Assembly: GCA_965248575.1 (NCBI GenBank)
Contig: CBDFJQ010000002.1
Coordinates: 800,001 to 864,000 of the forward strand
Reading direction: 5' to 3'
Length of the DNA: 64,000 bases
Source: Planctomycetota bacterium
Lineage (GTDB): Bacteria > Planctomycetota > B15-G4
Shown here in pieces: positions 48,215-56,752 of this stretch; position 1 is the first letter of the stretch, and each line of letters begins with the position of its first letter. The notes beneath the pieces are model-generated. The model was given only the letters and a program-made list of their open reading frames with translations. It was not told where the DNA came from and did no database searches. The position numbers and the translations under genes were made by a program.

Positions 48215-48331
48215 CGAATCACCGAGTAGGACGCGTCCTACGCCGTAGCGTGGCTTTCGCAAGTCCGTGCGTTCTGAGAGGTGAAGCCCCGTAGTTCCTC
48301 CGTAGTCGTGCGGAGGTTCGTAGTCTACGGA
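48215..48331. repeat. Conserved non-coding element, copy A (adjacent to the tRNA fragment)
   Basis: Aligns with 51308..51433: cgaatcaccg, tcctacgccg, ctttcgcaagt, identical 20-mer agttcctccgtagtcgtgcg (48293-48312), cgtagtctacgga. Confidence 0.85.
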
Positions 48332-48332
48332 G

Positions 48333-50627
48333 ATGTTGTCCGGCGAATCTCCAGACGCGTCTCTGGGATCCCAGAGTCTGTTCTCAAACGCACGCCTGTC
48401 AGCCGAGCGCGAGACCGTTGCGTCTGACGGCCGCGAGGCCGGCCAGGTTGTCGGCGACTACCGCCTGATCGTCCCTCTTGGTCAGGGCGGGATGGGCGCG
48501 GTGTGGGAGGCCGAGCAGGTTTCGCTGAAGCGGCGCGTTGCTCTCAAGCTGCTGGCCCCGCACCTCAGCATCGCGGACGAAGCCCTCGGACGTTTCCATC
48601 GGGAAGCGAATGCCGCTGCGCGTCTCAGTCACCCGGGCATCGTGGCGGTGATCGAGGCAGGCGAGGCGGAGGGTGTCCACTACATCGCGCAGGAGCTCGT
48701 TCCGGGTGGCGTGACGTTGGCTGACTTCCTGGCCGACGCGCGCGAGGGCGACCAGGTGCCTTCCGGCTATTACCGAGCCATCGGGGAGTTGTTCGCCTCC
48801 CTTGCAGAAGCACTTCAGGTTGCGCACGACGCGGGAGTGATCCACCGCGACATCAAGCCGAGCAACGTCCTGATCTCGGAGAACGACCAGCCGAAGGTCG
48901 CCGACTTTGGTTTGGCGAAGATCAACGACGACCTGCTGCTCTCGCGCACGGGCGAGCTCGCCGGGACGCCCTACTACATGAGCCCCGAGCAGGCTTCGGG
49001 GCAGCTGACAACTGTCGACCACCGCACGGACGTCTTCAGCCTTGGAGCGACGCTGTACGAGTGCCTGACGTTGAGACGGCCGTTCGAAGGGGACACCAGC
49101 CAGCAGGTGCTCGAGCAGGTCATCAGCGCCGAGCCTCCGGACCCACAGAAGCTGCGCTCACGGGTGCCGTGGGAGCTGTCCGTCATCTGCAGCAAGTCGC
49201 TGGAGAAGCGGCCGGAGGCTCGCTTCTCGTCGATGGGTAAGCTTGCGGCCGACCTCCGGAGATGGCTAGCGAACGAACCGATCACCGCGCGTCCGCCGGG
49301 GATGATCTCGCGGGTCGGAAAATGGACGCGCCGGCATCCCCTGGTCTCGACGGTGGGAGCGGTCCTGGTCGCGGCCTTGATCCTCGTCAGCGCATTGCTG
49401 GGCCAGCTCCAGAGCCGCAATGTCCGCTTGGCGCGCATGCTGACCGTCATGGAGTCGCTCTTTGGTTCTCCCGATCCCCGCCTGGGGCGGCCCGAACGGA
49501 TCACCGCCACGGGCATGCTCCTGGGGAACGCCGAAATCGTCCGCACCGAATTCGCGGCTGAGCCTCTCGTTCGCGCGCGCTTGTTGGGTGCGGTCGGCAA
49601 CGTGATTCGGGCGCTGGACGAGCACGAGCAAGCCGAGGCTGTCCTGGCGGAGGTGCTGGCGACCTACGCGGCGGAGATCGGTGATCGAGCTGTCGAGACG
49701 CTTTCGGCCAGGCACGCCCTGGCGAGCCTGTACTTCGAGGGAGGTCGAATCGACGAGGCCGCCAAACTGTATGCGGACGCGTTCGAGGGTCGACGGGCAG
49801 CGCTTGGGCCAGGGCACGTGGAGACGCTGGCCTCGCAGAATGCCCTGGGGGCTACGTTGCTCGTGCTGGATCGTGTGCAGGAAGCTGCGCCACTCGTCGA
49901 AGCAGTGCTCGAACGGCGGCGAGAGATCCTTGGCGAAGACGACCCCGAGACGCTTTGCTCGCTTCACAATCTCGGCTGGCTGCGGTGGAAGCAGGGGAAA
50001 CTGGACGAGGCACAATCGACCTTCGAGCAATCGGTAGCGCACAGCCGACGGGTCCTGGGGTCGGAACATCCCAACACCCTCTGGGACATCGGAGACCTGG
50101 CGTCCTTCCACCTCAGCCGGGGTGACCTGAAAGCGGCGGAGAACCTCCTGGACGAGGTGATCGAGACGCGCGCGCGCATCGGAGACACCAAGGATCTCGG
50201 GATGTTCGCCTCGATGGCAAAGATGGCCGACATCCGTGTGCGCCAGGGGCGGCTGGGGGAAGCCGAAATCTTGTTGCGCGCGGCCTCTTCCGGGGCCTTG
50301 GGAACACAAGGGGAGGATCACGTAACCGTGCTTGAGATGAGGTCGCTCCTGGCGCATGTCCTGATCAAGCAGGAGCACCACGAGGAGGCGGGGCGGATCC
50401 TCGCCGACGTTCTCGAACGTCAGCGGAACACTCTCGGTCGGGCTCACGACGCCACGCTACAGACTCTGCACCTGAAGGTCTGGCTGCTTCATTCCGTGCA
50501 AGGCGATCCTCTGGCGGCGGAACCAATGGCCCAGGAGCTCGTGGATCTCACCCCCCCCGACGACGCTTCCTTGCCCGCCAGAAGCGAACTGCTCCGGGCA
50601 ATCCAGCGTGAAGCGGGAGAAGGCTAG
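48333..50627 (+). CDS. Serine/threonine protein kinase with TM segment and C-terminal TPR repeats
   Basis: GQGGMGAV, VALK, HRDIKPSN, DFG, GTPYYMSPEQ, DVFSLG; TM segment after RRHP; LGxxHxxTL repeats. Confidence 0.93.
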   Translation: MLSGESPDASLGSQSLFSNARLSAERETVASDGREAGQVVGDYRLIVPLGQGGMGAVWEAEQVSLKRRVALKLLAPHLSIADEALGRFHREANAAARLSHPGIVAVIEAGEAEGVHYIAQELVPGGVTLADFLADAREGDQVPSGYYRAIGELFASLAEALQVAHDAGVIHRDIKPSNVLISENDQPKVADFGLAKINDDLLLSRTGELAGTPYYMSPEQASGQLTTVDHRTDVFSLGATLYECLTLRRPFEGDTSQQVLEQVISAEPPDPQKLRSRVPWELSVICSKSLEKRPEARFSSMGKLAADLRRWLANEPITARPPGMISRVGKWTRRHPLVSTVGAVLVAALILVSALLGQLQSRNVRLARMLTVMESLFGSPDPRLGRPERITATGMLLGNAEIVRTEFAAEPLVRARLLGAVGNVIRALDEHEQAEAVLAEVLATYAAEIGDRAVETLSARHALASLYFEGGRIDEAAKLYADAFEGRRAALGPGHVETLASQNALGATLLVLDRVQEAAPLVEAVLERRREILGEDDPETLCSLHNLGWLRWKQGKLDEAQSTFEQSVAHSRRVLGSEHPNTLWDIGDLASFHLSRGDLKAAENLLDEVIETRARIGDTKDLGMFASMAKMADIRVRQGRLGEAEILLRAASSGALGTQGEDHVTVLEMRSLLAHVLIKQEHHEEAGRILADVLERQRNTLGRAHDATLQTLHLKVWLLHSVQGDPLAAEPMAQELVDLTPPDDASLPARSELLRAIQREAGEG

Positions 50628-50710
50628 CAAATGCCAGAACCGGCACGGCCACGCATGGAAGCCGGGTCACGTCATCGGGGTCGGCTCGCCGAAGCCTTCC
50701 CGGGGAATGC

Positions 50711-50716
50711 TAGACT
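50711..50716 (+). promoter_or_regulatory. Possible extended -10 promoter element for the SRPBCC gene
   Basis: TGcTAGACT ending 9 nt before ATG 50726. The same TAGACT hexamer lies upstream of tRNA-Pro. Confidence 0.35.
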
Positions 50717-50725
50717 CTGCTCACC

Positions 50726-51181
50726 ATGAAGGGCACCTACAGCATCGACATCGAGTGTTCGCGCGAGCAGGTGTTCGCATTCCTCGACGACGAGAAGAAC
50801 CTCCCCAAGATTGTCCCGACCCTTGTGGATCAGGGGATCATCAATGAGACGCCGGAGAAGGTCGGATCGACTTTCTGGCACGTCTACGAGGAGAAGGGTC
50901 GCCGGATGAAGATGACCGGCGTCGTGACGGAACACAGCCCCCCGGAGCGAATGGCCGTGAAGCTGGACGGCGCGTTCTTCGGTCTGGAGGTCACGTACGA
51001 ACTCAAGCAGCTCAGCCCGACCTCGACGCGCCTCACCCAGCACTCCGAGTCGCGCTTCAAGCACGTCTTCAAGCTGATGGGCCTCTTGTCCGGAAAGAAG
51101 ATGGAACGAGAGGGCAAGCAGGCGCAGGCCGAGATCTTTGCCCGCATGAAGACGGTGATCGAGGAAGGCGCATCGGCCTGA
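50726..51181 (+). CDS. SRPBCC/START-like family protein
   Basis: 151 aa; SIDIECSREQVFAFLDD, VTEHSPPER, TRLT, C-terminal helix. Confidence 0.82.
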   Translation: MKGTYSIDIECSREQVFAFLDDEKNLPKIVPTLVDQGIINETPEKVGSTFWHVYEEKGRRMKMTGVVTEHSPPERMAVKLDGAFFGLEVTYELKQLSPTSTRLTQHSESRFKHVFKLMGLLSGKKMEREGKQAQAEIFARMKTVIEEGASA

Positions 51182-51216
51182 GGGTGAGGATCGCGCCTCC
51201 GATCGCGAGGGCCCGC

Positions 51217-51268
51217 TCGAGCTGGTCGGGCTGACTGGATTCGAACCAGCGACCTATCGCTCCCAAAG
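51217..51268 (-). repeat. 3' half of tRNA-Pro (att-like direct repeat)
   Basis: 48 of 52 nt identical to 54959..55010. Covers CCA, acceptor 3' strand, T-arm and anticodon loop, then stops. Confidence 0.9.
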
Positions 51269-51307
51269 ATGCTGGGGGCGTCGGTGCCGCATGACCCAGA
51301 ACCGCGT

Positions 51308-51433
51308 CGAATCACCGTGTTGTCCGCATCCTACGCCGCAACGGCCCTTTCGCAAGTGCGCGCATCGCCCCGCGCCTGATCGCGAAGTTCCTCCGTAGTC
51401 GTGCGAAAAATGCGAATCTCCGTAGTCTACGGA
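51308..51433. repeat. Conserved non-coding element, copy B
   Basis: Homologous to 48215..48331; identical 20-mer at 51386-51405; ends in the perfect inverted repeat tccgtag-t-ctacgga. Confidence 0.85.
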
Positions 51434-51589
51434 AGGCGCCCTGATGGTCGGGATCACCAACTCGATGAGCGACTTGGCCAGCGAGCTTTGTCGGAGCTCA
51501 TGACCGCCTTGCATTACCGCTCCACCACCAGTCGCCCGGGGCGGCCTGCACGTCGAGCCGCCCTGATCTTCCGGTCCCGATTCGTGACA

Positions 51590-52219
51590 TCACCAGCGCC
51601 TGGGTCGTGGCAACCTGTCGATCCGCCGACAGATCTCGTCTGCCCACTCCGTGCCGTCGTAGAGTTTCAGCATTCGGGACCAGGCCTTCCGCTCGGCGCC
51701 GAGGTCGTGTTCCACCCTCACTTTCGTGGCCCCTTCGCCGTACTCCACGACGGCGCGCAAGTACGTCAGCTCTCCGGGGCGCATGTCCACCGTCAGGGCG
51801 TCCCGGAGGCTGGGCGAAGCACCATCCAGGAAATCATGCTCCGCGGGGTGACCACACCAATGCGCATTCGAGTAGACGCTGTGCATGCTCCATGGACCGG
51901 GTGCCATCCGGGAGAAGGCGACGAGGTAGCTCCCGGAGGTGTATCCGGAGAGCAAGATTCGGCCCCAGTCGTCCGTCGGGAGCGCATCGGCAGACACGAC
52001 CTTCGACGTCTCGTCTGCCTGCTGGATCCAGGCCCTCCGCACAGAGTGCCGCTATGAATCCTCGCTACACAAGATCTCGAACTCCACCAGGAGCAGGCCG
52101 TTGGAGCCCGGAGTTCCCTGAAGCCTGGGCCGATGCAGCTTCTCGATTGCGATGCACCCCGTGCACGACACGCCAAGGATGAGAGCGGCGGCGATGACGT
52201 GAATCGAAGGAAGCGTCAT
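51590..52219 (-). pseudogene. Putative lipoprotein gene interrupted by an in-frame TAG
   Basis: MTLPSIHVIAAALILGVSCTGC (lipobox) from ATG 52219, TAG at 52054-52052, then the same frame continues open to 51590. Confidence 0.55.
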
Positions 52220-52311
52220 GTCCTGTCCCAATCGATGGCCTTGGGTGCAGCAGGCCCTGATGGCAGAGTCTCCATCGCTCGCATGTGTTGACGCGTCGCC
52301 GCGCCGACATG

Positions 52312-52416
52312 GATGAGCGCCGCCAGCTTCTCCAGGAACGACTGCGGCTCGAAGACCACCCGCGTCGTGCCGTCCGACCACGGGCGCCGCAGGTCGTAGA
52401 CGATGCGGCCGTCCGG
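52312..52416 (-). pseudogene. IS91-family (rolling-circle, Y2) transposase fragment
   Basis: 35-aa stretch PDGRIVYDLRRPWSDGTTRVVFEPQSFLEKLAALI resembles the conserved C-terminal part of IS91-like transposases; flanks are not transposase-like. Confidence 0.7.
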
Positions 52417-52725
52417 ATGAGGATAAGCACTACGTTCATGGAGACGTCGCACACCTACTCCGCGAAGCGGACGCACATCTTCGAGTTCATGCACATCGCC
52501 ACGCACGGCGGGAGGATCGCGTACATCGTGCAGCCTGGAGGCGATCCGCCCACGCTCTTCCGGGCGGTGAAGGTCACGGAGGAGGAGGCGGTGTTCGAGC
52601 GCCCTGATCACGACTACCCGCAGCGGATCCGCTACGCGAAGACGGCGAGGGGGATGACCGCGACGATCTCGCGGATGGACCGGACGCCGGCGACGGACTT
52701 CGTGTTCGAGCGGCGAGCGGAGTAG
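52417..52725 (+). pseudogene. DUF6265-like protein, apparently 5'-truncated
   Basis: FEFMHI...YIVQPGG...F...AVFERPDHDYPQRIRY. Lacks an N-terminal signal region and abuts the IS91 fragment. Confidence 0.6.
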
Positions 52726-52786
52726 CAGGCGTTCTTTCTCGTCTCGGGTCGTACCGTCGCGCAGCTTGGATCACCTCTCTGCTGCA

Positions 52787-54718
52787 CTACAGCTTGATGC
52801 GAAGTTCTCCGGTCGGCGTCTTGTACAGATCGCCCGGACTGAGGCCGCCGACTCCAGCTGTAGGGTCATCATCGTGTGTGGGCAAGGAAGAGATGTTGAC
52901 CCCGCCGAGAGCATCCAGCCGCAGCACCGGACCACCCAGGGCGCTTTCCAGGATGTACTCGTCTGAATTGTAGTTCGGGAACAAGCGCCAGCCGTTGTCG
53001 GGTCGGGCTGTGTTGATCTGGTTGATGCTCGCACCGACCGTCTGTCCCCCCTCGAGGTGCAGCGCGTACTGAGGGCTTTCCTCGCCGACACCGATGAACC
53101 CGGTGCCTGCGATCACGAGCTTGTCATCACCCGCCTTCAGGTAGTTCCCGCCGTTGGTGTCGAGGAGCAGCACGTCGTCGGTGTTCGTGGAGAGTTGGAC
53201 GGTGTTGCTGATCTGGTTCATCACGCTGCCTGAGTAGATGAACTGTGGGTTCGCGTTGAAGCTCAGTGACCCGAGATACAGGTTGGTGTAGTTGGCGAAC
53301 GTGCAGTTCAAGGAGCGGAAGTCATGAGGCCCGTTGCTGAAGAGGATCGCCGTGTCGTTGTATTCGAAGTAGCAGGACTCCGCGGAGACGGATGAGCAGC
53401 CGTCGACCTCCAGGCCCACGCCACCGTCCATGCTGGTCATGTGCAGCTTGGTCGCGACGCCGTTGGTGTAGACGTTGGTCTCATATCCAGTGATCACGCA
53501 AGCGCTGATCTTGCTGTCATTGCCGGCGCTGTTGCCTGCCTGGCTCCCGCCCATGCGAATGCCATAGCTACCCGGCCAGTCATTCTGGTTCGTGTAGTTC
53601 CGGATGATGCACCCACGCACCGAGTGCCTGTACGCGGCTCCGATGCCATGGTCCATGTGGAAGTCGATCCCTCGGTAGACCGAGTACATCTCGATGTCCG
53701 TGAACTTGCATTGAGAGCCCTGAGGTCGTGCCGGGGTGTTCTCGACGCGAAATGCCGTGGCCTGCAGCAGGGCGGCGGTCTGCCTGATGTGCCCACCGAT
53801 GAAGCTGTGCTTCTCGCCGCGGATCGTGAAGAGCGGGCTCGCATCGTCATCGATGTAGAGATAAGCCCCTCGCATGACGGTCGTGATCGGGAATCCCGAG
53901 TCGAGGACGACACCCGAGAACGCATAGGTCTCTCCGGGCGGGAACACGACCGTGTGTCCTGAACCGTTGCTCTGGGCGACGCTGATCGCTTGATCGTAGG
54001 CTGCTTGCACGGCTTCGCGAACGGTCGGGTACTTGCCGATGAAGTCCATGACGTCGACGGAACCGGCAGTCGTGCAGCATCCGTTCGGTGGGCACGATGG
54101 ATTGCGCGCCGGAGAGCCGATGCGGGGGCGACCGCCGAGCGTTACGCCTCCTGCGCCCGGGCCGACGGTCGACATGCTGGCGCCTCCGGGAGGAGCGGCG
54201 CCGATCGTCGTCTGCCCACGGGCAGGGCTCCGCGGAGGTGTGCGGTCGAAGTCCCCGGGGGCCAGCGCCCAGAAGAGCACGTCGCCGCCGACGTTGTGCA
54301 GGACGAGGTCGAGGAGGCCGTCACCGTCGACATCGATGTGCTCAGCGCTCTTGCCCGGGCCTGTGTCGGCCAGGCCCAGTGTCTTCGTGGCATCGCGAAA
54401 GTGTCCGCTGCCGTCGCCGAGCAGCGCGACGTTGTCCTTGGGCGACACCAGGTACAGGTCAGGCAGGGTGTCGCCATCGAGGTCGCTGACGAGCACGTTG
54501 CTCACCATGACCGTCGGCAGCCGTTGCTGCACGGGCCTGAAGGTCTTGGTGCCGATGTTGATGGCCACGGAGACCGTGCCGCCCGGACCCAGCGTGAGCT
54601 GATCGAGGAGGCCATCGCCCGTCACGTCCACCAGGCGGACGGCAGCGGAAGTCGTGGTCGCCTCGACGCCCGGCTGGAGAGCGGCAAGGGTGAGCGAGCA
54701 GACGATGAGCCACGACAT
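52787..54718 (-). CDS. Secreted FG-GAP/VCBS-repeat + parallel beta-helix (tailspike/pectate-lyase-like) protein
   Basis: Signal peptide; DVTGDGLLD, DLDGDTLPDL, DVDGDGLLDL repeats; Pro/Gly linker; VDVMDF...AVQAAYD...VVFPPGETY beta-helix cap; Asn/Gly-rich coils. Confidence 0.7.
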   Translation of the reverse strand: MSWLIVCSLTLAALQPGVEATTTSAAVRLVDVTGDGLLDQLTLGPGGTVSVAINIGTKTFRPVQQRLPTVMVSNVLVSDLDGDTLPDLYLVSPKDNVALLGDGSGHFRDATKTLGLADTGPGKSAEHIDVDGDGLLDLVLHNVGGDVLFWALAPGDFDRTPPRSPARGQTTIGAAPPGGASMSTVGPGAGGVTLGGRPRIGSPARNPSCPPNGCCTTAGSVDVMDFIGKYPTVREAVQAAYDQAISVAQSNGSGHTVVFPPGETYAFSGVVLDSGFPITTVMRGAYLYIDDDASPLFTIRGEKHSFIGGHIRQTAALLQATAFRVENTPARPQGSQCKFTDIEMYSVYRGIDFHMDHGIGAAYRHSVRGCIIRNYTNQNDWPGSYGIRMGGSQAGNSAGNDSKISACVITGYETNVYTNGVATKLHMTSMDGGVGLEVDGCSSVSAESCYFEYNDTAILFSNGPHDFRSLNCTFANYTNLYLGSLSFNANPQFIYSGSVMNQISNTVQLSTNTDDVLLLDTNGGNYLKAGDDKLVIAGTGFIGVGEESPQYALHLEGGQTVGASINQINTARPDNGWRLFPNYNSDEYILESALGGPVLRLDALGGVNISSLPTHDDDPTAGVGGLSPGDLYKTPTGELRIKL

Positions 54719-54964
54719 GAGCGGATCTCCCGATGAACGGAGCCCCGCCGTGGCGCAAGACCCGGGGAAGCGGAACCCGGTGTGCAATCCCGAAGGACGA
54801 CCAGTCTACTCGCGATCGGGATTCCCGGGGTTTGGAGCAGAGTGCGTTCCTGGGGACAGCGAGTGTCCTGCAGAGGCGCGAGCTGCGTGCCGAGGATACG
54901 CGAAACAAAGCCCCGCGTGTTCCGTGACGAGCGCCCGTTCAGCGGGCAGAATCGCTAATCGAGC

Positions 54965-55041
54965 TGGTCGGGGTGACTGGATTCGAACCAGCGACCTTCT
55001 GCTCCCAAAGCAGACGCGCTACCAAGCTGCGCCACACCCCG
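54965..55041 (-). tRNA. tRNA-Pro (anticodon TGG)
   Basis: CGGGGTGTGGCGCAGCTTGGTAGCGCGTCTGCTTTGGGAGCAGAAGGTCGCTGGTTCGAATCCAGTCACCCCGACCA: full cloverleaf with encoded CCA. Confidence 0.97.
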
Positions 55042-55159
55042 ATCTTGAAGCGGGGGGAGTCTAGCCCGGACTTCGGTCGGGGTTCCACCGCTGCGAGTGG
55101 AGATTGTGGGCGCTTGGGGTGCTGGCCCACACGGCAGCCCTCGCCGAACCCCGGCTGCC

Positions 55160-56593
55160 CTACTTGTCGCCGTTGAGCCGGGTGGGGTTGATGCGGTTCT
55201 TGATGGCCCGGAAGACCTTGTAGATGGGCGTGCCTGGGTAGGTCTTGAGGGCGCCCTCGAGATCGTCGACCCGGCCCCGCAGGTGGTCCCGCTCGGCCTC
55301 CAGGGTCTTGGCGTAGAGTCGCAGGCGCTCGCGCTCGGCGTTGGCTGCTGCCGCTTCGGCTGCGTCCTCCGGGGCTAGCTGGGAGGCTGGGTCGCTGCCA
55401 GTGCCGACATCGCCGTCGGGGCTGGCTTCGGGAGTCGCTGTGGTGGCCTCCAGCTCCTGCTTCAGCTTTTCCATGCGCGCGATGACGTCGGGGTCGAAGC
55501 CGCGATGCTCACCACCCCCAGGGCGCGTGATGCGCGAGCGGCCGTTGGCCCCCGGCATCACCGTCAAGGGCTCGCCGTTGAGGGTGTGGGGCACGATCTC
55601 GTTGGTGCTGATGTCGCGCACTTCCTTGAGCTTGTACTCGCCCAGGGCGACGTCGCTCAGGATGGGCGCGAAGTAGGTGCAGCCCTCGAAGTAGTAGTGG
55701 GTCACCTGGCTCATGCGCGTGGCACCGTGCTTGCTGATGGCCGAGCCGCCGTGCAGCAGGTTGCTGGACCAGATCAGCGCCGTGCCCTTGGGGATCTCCA
55801 GGCGCTTCTCTTGCAGCCCGTGGGTGTTCACCACGGCGCGCACATAGTTCTCGTAGTGGCCATAACCACCGCCGTGGGCGGTGTAGCCGGCTTGGCCCCA
55901 GAGACCTAGCTGGGACAGCTGGACCTCGGGTAGCTTGTGGCTGCCGGGGTAGTAGACCAGCGCCCCGTTCTCGAGCGTTGCGTCCTCGAGGGCGACCCAA
56001 ACACCACACATGAACCCGGCCGGCAGGCAGCTGAAGTGGATGGCGTCGCTGTGCGCCGGCTGCTCCGTGCCGTACAGGAAGTTGAGAGTCTGGAAGGGGA
56101 TGGCGCGGCGGCCGTAGAGCAGCTGCAGCAGCTCCAGGATCTTGGGGTGGGCCGCCAACTGCTGCACCTCATCACAAGCCCACCAGGCATCGAGGCGACG
56201 GGCGGGGTCCAGCTTGAACAGCTCCTGGACGTGGCCCGGAAGGGTGGGAATGGTCTTGGGGTCGAACAGCCACGGATAGTGGCCCACGATCTTGTCGATC
56301 AGCTCGGGCTCAAAGAGGTTCTCGAGCACTACGAAGCCATTGTCATGGTAGTCCTGGGCCAGGCCCTGCATCTCGTCCGAGATGTGCGCAGCGGACAGGA
56401 TGGAGTCGAAGAAGACGGACTCCACGGCGGGCACGTTGAGGGCCTTGGTGTCCCCCAGGAAGCCCGAGACGCTGGAGCGGTCGTCCTCGCTCAGTGCATC
56501 CGTCTGCCCTGCGGCAGCCGGCTTGCCCTCATAGGAGAAGGGGCTCGCGGGCAGGTCAGCCTGGGCGTCAGGTTCCTGAGTGTTCCCATCCAA
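55160..56593 (-). CDS. Phytanoyl-CoA dioxygenase (PhyH) family Fe(II)/2OG enzyme with C-terminal coiled coil
   Basis: QTLNF, HSD (HxD), GVWVALED, YYPGSH, LLHGG, RMSQVTHYY. Start uncertain (TTG). Confidence 0.85.
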   Translation of the reverse strand: MDGNTQEPDAQADLPASPFSYEGKPAAAGQTDALSEDDRSSVSGFLGDTKALNVPAVESVFFDSILSAAHISDEMQGLAQDYHDNGFVVLENLFEPELIDKIVGHYPWLFDPKTIPTLPGHVQELFKLDPARRLDAWWACDEVQQLAAHPKILELLQLLYGRRAIPFQTLNFLYGTEQPAHSDAIHFSCLPAGFMCGVWVALEDATLENGALVYYPGSHKLPEVQLSQLGLWGQAGYTAHGGGYGHYENYVRAVVNTHGLQEKRLEIPKGTALIWSSNLLHGGSAISKHGATRMSQVTHYYFEGCTYFAPILSDVALGEYKLKEVRDISTNEIVPHTLNGEPLTVMPGANGRSRITRPGGGEHRGFDPDVIARMEKLKQELEATTATPEASPDGDVGTGSDPASQLAPEDAAEAAAANAERERLRLYAKTLEAERDHLRGRVDDLEGALKTYPGTPIYKVFRAIKNRINPTRLNGDK

Positions 56594-56752
56594 GGCGAGC
56601 GTCTCCGGCCACGTGCAGGTGAATCAGGCTCGGGGACGATCCAGTCAAGCGCTGGATTCGGCCTGTAGGAGCGCTGAGGCCGAAGTATAGAACATGCACC
56701 GGACACGAAAAGGAGCAATCGGTCGCCTGATGGCTCCCGAAGATCCTGAGGC

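Larger units (their letters stand above)
48182..51216. mobile_element. Putative older integrated module (kinase-TPR + SRPBCC) between two tRNA-Pro fragments
   Basis: Bounded by tRNA-Pro 3' fragments at 48182 and 51217 and carries element copy A at its left end. No integrase present. Confidence 0.5.
51217..55010. mobile_element. Genomic island remnant integrated at tRNA-Pro(TGG), no integrase
   Basis: 52-nt direct repeats at both ends. Cargo comprises gene fragments, an IS91-like fragment and a beta-helix protein. Confidence 0.7.

Noticed and set aside
51217..51268. Second functional tRNA-Pro gene
   Set aside because: Lacks the 5' acceptor strand and D-arm and has mismatches in the anticodon stem; it is a fragment.
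52052..52054. Pyrrolysine or amber readthrough in the lipoprotein ORF
   Set aside because: No pyl genes in the window, TAG is used as a normal stop by many genes here, and neighbours are decayed; pseudogenisation is simpler.
51401..52057. 218-aa plus-strand ORF
   Set aside because: Starts inside the non-coding repeat, has no motifs and is antisense to the lipoprotein pseudogene.
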